This document shows positions 1 to 4,048 of a stretch of DNA of 5,649 nt, piece after piece. The stretch is taken from positions 1 to 5,649 of IMG/VR virus record IMGVR_UViG_3300022758_000056; one strand, given 5' to 3'. The stretch's first letter is position 1. The number at the start of each line of letters is the position of its first letter. A program made the translations under genes and the position numbers. Under the pieces are notes generated by a model. The model searched no databases. It was not told where the DNA came from and saw only the letters and a program-made list of their open reading frames with translations. The stretch is from a virus.

Positions 1-125
1 AAAAAAATGCCATTGCATCCCTAATCGAAAGAAACATGGAAACTGACAAACAGTATGCCGAACAACTGGCCGATAAAGAAGCAGTCATGAAGAAGAAGAT
101 GTCCAAAGCAAAGGGCGTTTTTTAG
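1..125 (+). CDS. Rep (VP4) C-terminal fragment, a duplicate of 5523..5647 created by linearising the circle
   Basis: Same frame and sequence as the end of ORF 4733..5647 (...KNAIASLIERNMETDKQYAEQLADKEAVMKKKMSKAKGVF), with stop TAG at 123-125. Confidence 0.9.
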   Translation, partial: KNAIASLIERNMETDKQYAEQLADKEAVMKKKMSKAKGVF

Positions 126-127
126 CT
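1..127 (+). repeat. Terminal direct repeat, copy A (circular-genome overlap; identical to 5523..5649)
   Basis: Aligned by eye: 1-127 (AAAAAAATGCCATTGCATCC...AAGGGCGTTTTTTAGCT) equals 5523-5649 base for base. 5521-5522 (AC) precede the second copy. This implies a circular unit of 5522 nt. Confidence 0.97.
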
Positions 128-134
128 CTGGTGT

Positions 135-184
135 CACTCAGCCAAGTAACTATCAAGTATATATACTTGGCTGAGTGTTTTTTT
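135..184 (+). terminator. Rho-independent terminator downstream of rep
   Basis: Perfect 14-bp stem, CACTCAGCCAAGTA (135-148) with TACTTGGCTGAGTG (164-177). The loop is 15 nt and is followed directly by T7 (178-184). It starts 10 nt after the rep stop. Confidence 0.85.
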
Positions 185-194
185 AGTTTTATCA

Positions 195-237
195 GCACGC
201 GCGCGCACGCGCACGTAATCGCGCACATGCACGCACG
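195..237. repeat. Alternating purine-pyrimidine (CG/CA)n tract, potentially Z-DNA-forming in the duplex replicative form
   Basis: GCACGCGCGCGCACGCGCACGTA (195-217) is 23 nt of perfect R-Y alternation. GCGCACATGCACGCACG (221-237) is 17 nt of perfect alternation. Only 3 nt separate the two blocks. Confidence 0.8.
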
Positions 238-266
238 ATTTTTATTATATTATTATTTATTATTTA
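238..266. repeat. Pure A/T tract (TTA/TAT-type microrepeats), a candidate DNA-unwinding element
   Basis: ATTTTTATTATATTATTATTTATTATTTA contains no G or C over 29 nt. It directly abuts the GC-rich alternating tract. Confidence 0.7.
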
Positions 267-299
267 CTTGTTGTAGCCGTAGTAGTAGGGAGTGTTGAA

Positions 300-383
300 A
301 TGTTGAATACTATAATTTTTTATCAGTGGAACGATATTTTGTGGTTAATTTTGATGTTGATACTTTTGTGGATAACTTGTTGA
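300..383 (+). CDS. Possible 27-aa hydrophobic peptide (MLNTIIFYQWNDILWLILMLILLWITC)
   Basis: ATG at 300 follows GGGAG (288-292) with a 7-nt spacer, and the stop is TGA 381-383. The hydrophobicity may simply reflect the T/G-rich repeats the ORF overlaps. Confidence 0.2.
   Translation: MLNTIIFYQWNDILWLILMLILLWITC
340..348 (-). promoter_or_regulatory. DnaA-box-like 9-mer (TTAACCACA on the - strand)
   Basis: + strand TGTGGTTAA. It has one mismatch to TTATNCACA and sits in the repeated context TTTTGTGG. Confidence 0.4.
367..375 (-). promoter_or_regulatory. Perfect consensus DnaA box (TTATCCACA on the - strand)
   Basis: + strand TGTGGATAA is the reverse complement of TTATCCACA. It is followed by CTTGTTGAA. 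Confidence 0.55.
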
Positions 384-401
384 ATTGTTGAAAGTGTAGC
401 A

Positions 402-410
402 ATATGCACA
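402..410 (+). promoter_or_regulatory. DnaA-box-like 9-mer in the opposite orientation (ATATGCACA)
   Basis: Matches TTATNCACA except at position 1. It overlaps the left arm of hairpin 405-424. Confidence 0.3.
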
Positions 411-424
411 AAACTATTTGTGCA
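405..424 (+). other. Hairpin with 8-bp stem and 4-nt loop
   Basis: TGCACAAA (405-412), loop ACTA, TTTGTGCA (417-424). The inverted repeat is perfect. Confidence 0.6.
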
Positions 425-430
425 ACTTTT

Positions 431-439
431 TGTGGAAAA
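431..439 (-). promoter_or_regulatory. DnaA-box-like 9-mer (TTTTCCACA on the - strand)
   Basis: + strand TGTGGAAAA fits the relaxed consensus TT(A/T)TNCACA. It is followed by CCTGTTGAA, the same composite layout as at 364-384. Confidence 0.45.
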
Positions 440-509
440 CCTGTTGAAAGTGTTAAAAGTGTTGAAAACGCAATTAAAGGCCGTCCGGCGAGCGGGACCG
501 GAAAGTTAC

Positions 510-549
510 GTCATGCTCTTCGTACGGCGCACCGCGCCTAGCGCATGAC
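510..549 (+). other. GC-rich nested stem-loop, a candidate ssDNA structural signal
   Basis: Outer stem is GTCATGC (510-516) with GCATGAC (543-549). Inner stem is GGCGC (526-530) with GCGCC (534-538) and a 3-nt loop. A further hairpin, TCCGG (484-488) with CCGGA (497-501), lies just upstream. Confidence 0.5.
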
Positions 550-586
550 CTTCAATGCAAAATTCTTCTGACTTTTTCCAAAAGTC

Positions 587-616
587 TTGACAAGCCCTCT
601 TTTTTTATGATATAAC
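587..616 (+). promoter_or_regulatory. Sigma70-type promoter for the rightward operon
   Basis: -35 TTGACA (587-592), 18-nt spacer, -10 TATAAC (611-616). TG at 608-609 gives an extended -10 (TGATATAAC). Confidence 0.65.
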
Positions 617-695
617 GTAAATAGTCAGACAGCACAGAGGTACATTTAACAAATTCTATTTTTACAAAATAACTTTACGAAAGAGGTGAACTGCT

Positions 696-800
696 CTGAC
701 CATCCAAGAAATCAAGACACTGTTTGACAACATCCAGAAAATCCTTGCAATGCTGGACAAAATCTACCACGCAGTAACAGGCAACGAACCGGAGGCGTAA
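696..800 (+). CDS. Possible small ORF lacking a canonical start (...LTIQEIKTLFDNIQKILAMLDKIYHAVTGNEPEA)
   Basis: The frame is open from 690 to TAA 798-800. AAGAGG (681-686) lies 9 nt before a CTG at 696, and the only ATG (750) would give 16 aa. Codon-position-1 G content is about 31%, which is coding-like. Confidence 0.25.
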   Translation: MTIQEIKTLFDNIQKILAMLDKIYHAVTGNEPEA

Positions 801-801
801 A

Positions 802-1131
802 ATGGAGAACAAACCATGGAACGTAAGAGACCAGACCGACGAGAACCTTATGCGGGAGTTGACGAAAACCTACAAAGCGATAGACGCCGCATACAGTATG
901 ATCAGAAAGGCCGCAAAATCGAAGACGCAAAATATTACGTTGACCTTGTGTTCCGAAAGAAAGCAGCTGCAAACGACATTGAGGTGGAAATCCTCAGAAG
1001 GGAAATCAACCATGGCAAAGAGGAGTAAAGTCCGCAAATCGAAAGACGCAAAAATCTACAACAAGACCGCACGAAAGACCAAGGCAATCAACCTGGGAAG
1101 CGGGGCAATGCGAGGGGGTATCCGACTGTGA
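802..1131 (+). CDS. 109-aa ORF whose C-terminal 39 aa form the basic DNA-binding module; a possible long isoform
   Basis: ATG 802 follows GGAGG (791-795) with a 6-nt spacer. However, codons at about 920-1011 in this frame have poor coding periodicity (about 10% G at position 1). Confidence 0.35.
   Translation: MENKPWNVRDQTDENLMRELTKTYKAIDAAYSMIRKAAKSKTQNITLTLCSERKQLQTTLRWKSSEGKSTMAKRSKVRKSKDAKIYNKTARKTKAINLGSGAMRGGIRL
816..1028 (+). CDS. Hypothetical 70-aa protein
   Basis: ATG 816 follows GGAG (804-807) with an 8-nt spacer. Periodicity is strong, with about 40% G at codon position 1 overall and about 49% in the 3' half. The sequence looks plausible (...KIEDAKYYVDLVFRKKAAANDIEVEILRREINHGKEE). 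Confidence 0.5.
   Translation: MERKRPDRREPYAGVDENLQSDRRRIQYDQKGRKIEDAKYYVDLVFRKKAAANDIEVEILRREINHGKEE
1012..1131 (+). CDS. Small basic DNA-binding/packaging protein (microvirus J / gokushovirus ORF8-like)
   Basis: MAKRSKVRKSKDAKIYNKTARKTKAINLGSGAMRGGIRL is 39 aa with 13 K/R. I recall the C-terminal MRGGIRL-type ending from gokushovirus small basic proteins. A weak SD, AAGGG (997-1001), lies upstream. Confidence 0.7.
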   Translation: MAKRSKVRKSKDAKIYNKTARKTKAINLGSGAMRGGIRL

Positions 1132-1239
1132 GCGCTGTATTCGCAAGCATGACTATGGCATTTATCGCGGGCGGGATTTTACCTCATCATTAACACAATC
1201 AACATCATCAAGGAATGGTTCAAATAAGGAGGCAACCAT

Positions 1240-1476
1240 ATGAACGTATACGGAATCTTTGATACCTGCGTGATGGGTTACATCACCATCTTTACCGAAC
1301 GTGACGACAAAGTGGCCGAACGTAATTTCAAAATCGCACTGACCGACGAACGAAACATCATGAGCAAGACTCCGAGCGACTATCGGCTGGTGCGACTGGC
1401 AAAATTCGACGAGAAAACGGGCCTGTTTGAGAACGAAAAGGAGAACATCTTCGATGGCGTATCGCTCAGTAAGTAA
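1240..1476 (+). CDS. Conserved small microvirus protein (gokushovirus VP5/ORF5-like)
   Basis: Excellent SD, AAGGAGG (1226-1232), 7 nt before the ATG. The 78-aa product has the motif ...SKTPSDYRLVRLAKFDEKTGLF..., which resembles the ...PEDY.L.ELG.FD..TG... signature I recall for this family. Confidence 0.65.
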   Translation: MNVYGIFDTCVMGYITIFTERDDKVAERNFKIALTDERNIMSKTPSDYRLVRLAKFDEKTGLFENEKENIFDGVSLSK

Positions 1477-1933
1477 CTTCAGGGAAACCGCAACGACAAA
1501 ACCTACCGAGGCCGGAGAAACCGTAAGGCGTACATACCTTTGGGAGTTCAACGAAAAAGGCGAAAAGGTCCTGGTGCTTGACCAGATCATCGACCAGCAG
1601 GCGGAAATCGACAGCTATCTAGAAGAGACCAAGCTTGAAAACATCATCCGGCGGGCATCCATCGACCCTGACCTTGCGGCTAGACTGGTGCCAGACATGG
1701 GTGGCGGGCTTCAAGACGCAACCGAGATGCCGGAGAATCTAATGGAGCTGCAGAACATCATGCTGCGGGCCGAGCAAATCTGGGATGAAATCCCAAAAGA
1801 AATCAAGCTCAAGTTTGACAATGACGTTGATAAATTTGTCACAAGCTTCGGCACTGTCAATTGGGCAAAAAATCTGGGCATCTATCAGGAAGCAAAAAAC
1901 CCGAGGGAACCGAAAACGGAGGCGACTGAATGA
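1454..1933 (+). CDS. Internal scaffolding protein VP3
   Basis: AAGGAG (1438-1443) lies 10 nt before ATG 1454; the ORF track starts at an upstream TTG (1427) that has no SD. The C-terminal part, ...MPENLMELQNIMLRAEQIWDEIPKEIKLKFDNDVDKFV..., matches the remembered gokushovirus scaffold pattern (F..LP..IR..F.N.P..F). The stop overlaps the VP1 start as ATGA (1930-1933). Confidence 0.8.
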   Translation: MAYRSVSNFRETATTKPTEAGETVRRTYLWEFNEKGEKVLVLDQIIDQQAEIDSYLEETKLENIIRRASIDPDLAARLVPDMGGGLQDATEMPENLMELQNIMLRAEQIWDEIPKEIKLKFDNDVDKFVTSFGTVNWAKNLGIYQEAKNPREPKTEATE

Positions 1934-2577
1934 ACAGAAACAAAGATGCAGGATTTAACCAAGTACCGCGGCTGGACATTACGCGAAGTCGCTTCAAACG
2001 GCGGCAGGATGTCAAGCTGACGATGAACGCGGGCCAGCTCATCCCGTTTTACGTGGACGAAGTATTACCCGGCGATACCTTCAGCATCGACCAGGCAGCA
2101 ATTATCCGTATGACAACTCCTATCTTCCCGGTTATGGACAACTGTTATATGGATATTTACTATTTCTACACGCCTAATCGTATCATCTGGGACAACTTCA
2201 AGCGATTCATGGGCGAAAACGATAAAGGACCATGGACGCAGACTCAAGAATACACCATTCCGCAAGTCGAAATCACCGGCACAACCGAAAAACCAGCACC
2301 GTACGAAGGAAGCATCATGGATTATATGGGCATTCCTACCAAGGTAAGCAAGGGAACAGATACGGCATTCAGAGTCAATGCACTGCCGTTCCGGGCATAC
2401 GCCATGATTTGGCAGGAGTGGTTCCGAGACCAGAACGTGGACAATCCGGTCATCAACTTCAAAGGAGACGGATTAATACATTACACAGACAATGAAGAAA
2501 AGGAATGGACGGAACAAAGCCCGATCTCCAATACATTCTCAATCAAGCATACACCGGCGGCAGACCTCTACCTGTAA
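1930..2577 (+). CDS. Major capsid protein VP1, N-terminal segment (frame broken before the gene is complete)
   Basis: GGAGG (1918-1922) lies 7 nt before the ATG. Capsid motifs include RSRFKRRQDVKLTMNAGQLIPFYVDEVLPGDTF, FYTPNRIIWDNFKRFMGEN and LPFRAYAMIWQEWFRDQN. It ends at TAA 2575-2577, while the remaining capsid sequence continues in another frame. Confidence 0.9.
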   Translation: MNRNKDAGFNQVPRLDITRSRFKRRQDVKLTMNAGQLIPFYVDEVLPGDTFSIDQAAIIRMTTPIFPVMDNCYMDIYYFYTPNRIIWDNFKRFMGENDKGPWTQTQEYTIPQVEITGTTEKPAPYEGSIMDYMGIPTKVSKGTDTAFRVNALPFRAYAMIWQEWFRDQNVDNPVINFKGDGLIHYTDNEEKEWTEQSPISNTFSIKHTPAADLYL

Positions 2578-3641
2578 ACAAATACCACGACTATTTTACC
2601 AGCGCGCTACCAAGTCCGCAGAAGGGACCAGCAATTAGATTGCCAATAACTGGAAGCGCACCTCTAGGAATGTACAACGCCAGTAACGGAAGCGTAACCA
2701 TTGATAGCCAAAAAATGGAAGAAATTCTGACAAGTGCAGGAATGACAACCTCTGGAAGCTTATTCACCGCAAACACATGGGACATAGGCATGGGCCCTAC
2801 AAGAAACAAAGGCCTTGCGGTCGGAACCGGGACGGAAGAAACGTATACAGGCGTAGCCTTGGGAGCTGACTTATCAAATGTAACAGCCGCAACCATCAAT
2901 CAGCTGCGGCAAGCATTCCAGGTACAGAAGTACTATGAGCAGCTGGCGCGTGGTGGCAGCCGCTACCGCGAGATGATTTACAGTCTGTTCCATACCAAGA
3001 TTTCGGACAAAACTGTGCAGATTCCGGAATATCTGGGCGGTACACGCATCACCATCAACATGAGTCAGGTCATCCAGACCAGCGGCACGACTACCGAGAG
3101 TCCGCAGGGTAACGCCGCGGCAATCAGTGTTACGCCGTACAACGGCAGTATGTTTACCAAGAGTTTCGAAGAGCACGGCTATGTTATCGGCGTGTGCTGC
3201 ATCCGGCATGACCATACCTACCAGCAGGGCTTGGAGCGCATGTGGAGTCGCAAGACTAATCTGGACTTCTACTATCCCGTCTTTGCAAACCTAGGCGAAC
3301 AGGCCATTCTGAAGAAGGAGCTGTATCTCACTGGTACAAGCACCGATGAACAGGCCTTTGGTTATCAGGAAGCTTGGGCAGAATACCGCATGAAGCCGAA
3401 CCGCATCAGCGGCAAGTTCCGGTCAAATGCAAAGGGGACGTTGGACAGCTGGCACTACGGCGACAACTACAAGGAGACTCCGAGCCTGAGCCAGGCATGG
3501 ATGAAGGAAGGAGATTCCGAGATTCAGAGGACTCTGGCAGTGGACAACGAACCTCAGTTCATCATGGACACGGTCATTGACAACACCAGCGTCAGACCTA
3601 TGCCTATGTACAGCATCCCGGGTCTCGTGGACCATCACTAA
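2505..3641 (+). CDS. Major capsid protein VP1, C-terminal segment (-1 frame relative to 1930..2577)
   Basis: Contains PLPVNKYHDYFTSALPSPQKG and the rest of a capsid-length sequence. This frame is open from 2496. The ATG at 2505 has no SD and is probably an internal Met rather than a true start. Confidence 0.9.
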   Translation: MDGTKPDLQYILNQAYTGGRPLPVNKYHDYFTSALPSPQKGPAIRLPITGSAPLGMYNASNGSVTIDSQKMEEILTSAGMTTSGSLFTANTWDIGMGPTRNKGLAVGTGTEETYTGVALGADLSNVTAATINQLRQAFQVQKYYEQLARGGSRYREMIYSLFHTKISDKTVQIPEYLGGTRITINMSQVIQTSGTTTESPQGNAAAISVTPYNGSMFTKSFEEHGYVIGVCCIRHDHTYQQGLERMWSRKTNLDFYYPVFANLGEQAILKKELYLTGTSTDEQAFGYQEAWAEYRMKPNRISGKFRSNAKGTLDSWHYGDNYKETPSLSQAWMKEGDSEIQRTLAVDNEPQFIMDTVIDNTSVRPMPMYSIPGLVDHH

Positions 3642-3650
3642 AGTTTTTCG

Positions 3651-3676
3651 TTATTGTTATTCTAGAATAGCAATAA
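3651..3676. repeat. 26-nt near-perfect palindrome centred on TCTAGA
   Basis: TTATTGTTATTCT (3651-3663) pairs with AGAATAGCAATAA (3664-3676). The arms are 13 nt with one T:G position. Confidence 0.7.
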
Positions 3677-3704
3677 TATAACGTAACAACGACAAAAATA
3701 AAAA

Positions 3705-3740
3705 GTCTCAGCTGAGGGCATCAGCTGAGACCTCAGCTGA
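3705..3740. repeat. Three copies of the 8-bp palindrome TCAGCTGA; the first two form an 11-bp hairpin
   Basis: TCAGCTGA occurs at 3708-3715, 3721-3728 and 3733-3740. GTCTCAGCTGA (3705-3715) pairs with TCAGCTGAGAC (3721-3731) around the loop GGGCA. Confidence 0.75.
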
Positions 3741-3751
3741 TGAAAGGGGGA

Positions 3752-3783
3752 AAGCCCGGGGCAAAAACCCTGGGCTTATTTTT
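3752..3783 (+). terminator. Terminator-like stem-loop with T-run abutting the VP2 start
   Basis: AAGCCCGGGG (3752-3761) pairs with CCCTGGGCTT (3768-3777), giving 10 bp including one G:U. The loop is CAAAAA, followed by ATTTTT (3778-3783). ATG 3784 comes immediately after. Confidence 0.6.
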
Positions 3784-4038
3784 ATGGGATTTTTCGCAGC
3801 AGCACTACCAATACTTAAAACAGTAGCACCATCGATCATAAGCTGGGGCGTGAACAAGCTTTTAGGCGGAAACATGTCAGAAAGCAGCGGAGGAAGCCAA
3901 CAGCACAACGAAAGCTATAGCCAAGGCGGAGGCCAAAGCAGCGCCGCCAGCGGCGTAAACCGAGAGCAAAATCTGCAAGACTGGAACAGTATGCTGGGAG
4001 CAATTCAGAGCAATATGCAAAGCCAGCAAAAAGTTTAA
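3784..4038 (+). CDS. Minor capsid/pilot protein VP2, N-terminal segment
   Basis: MGFFAAALPILKTVAPSIISWGVNKLLGG... followed by a G/S/Q-rich stretch is a typical VP2 N-terminus. It ends at TAA 4036-4038, just after an A5 run. Confidence 0.7.
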   Translation: MGFFAAALPILKTVAPSIISWGVNKLLGGNMSESSGGSQQHNESYSQGGGQSSAASGVNREQNLQDWNSMLGAIQSNMQSQQKV

Positions 4039-4048
4039 CCGTCGAAGC

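Larger units (their letters stand above)
293..466 (+). repeat. Iteron-like array of TGTTGAA heptamers
   Basis: Perfect TGTTGAA at 293, 301, 378, 386, 442 and 460. Variants are TGTTGAT at 355 and TGTTAAA at 451. All copies share one orientation within 174 nt. Confidence 0.85.

Noticed and set aside
293-466. Repeat array considered as a CRISPR array
   Set aside because: The repeat units are only 7-9 nt with irregular 1-50 nt spacing, far from the 24-48 nt repeats and regular spacers of CRISPR arrays. There are no cas genes.
487-496. 10-mer GGCGAGCGGG shared between the large intergenic region (487-496) and the pre-rep hairpin (4679-4688)
   Set aside because: For a 5.5-kb sequence, about ten or more exact 10-mer pairs are expected by chance, and the similarity does not extend into the flanks.
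481-560. GC-rich structured segment considered as a tRNA or other small RNA gene
   Set aside because: I could not fold a cloverleaf and saw no T-loop GTTCGAATC-like or D-loop motifs or acceptor stem. Only simple hairpins are present.
126-689. XerCD/dif-like integration site, as seen in some gokushovirus prophages
   Set aside because: I scanned for a GGTGCGCATAA-6 nt-TTATGTTAAAT-like motif and found no convincing match. The nearest resemblance (ATAACGTAAAT near 612-622) lacks the partner arm.
798-800. TAA read-through joining ORF 690-797 to ORF 816-1028
   Set aside because: The in-frame arrangement is a 1-in-3 coincidence. TAA is the least leaky stop codon. ORF 816 has its own SD and ATG.
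1149-1193. 14-aa ORF (MTMAFIAGGILPHH) in the gap between the J-like gene and the VP5-like gene
   Set aside because: It is too short, has no SD, and has no distinguishing features.
2232-2495. 87-aa + strand ORF overprinted on VP1. Similar cases are 3374-3580 inside VP1 and 4165-4467 inside VP2.
   Set aside because: The translations are highly basic and His/Arg/Ser-rich, typical of off-frame reading. SD spacing is absent or unusable, and 4165 starts at a TTG. They could only be rescued by comparative evidence of overlapping-gene constraint.
712-3908. Other minus-strand ORFs from the track (712-972, 1162-1590, 1857-2042, 2065-2265, 2591-2899, 2874-3215, 3423-3638, 3708-3908; also 3836-4177, 4891-5097, 5168-5395)
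   Set aside because: All are antisense to recognised + strand genes or structured intergenic DNA. I found no SD or promoter context, and the translations look non-protein-like (Cys/Arg/His-rich).
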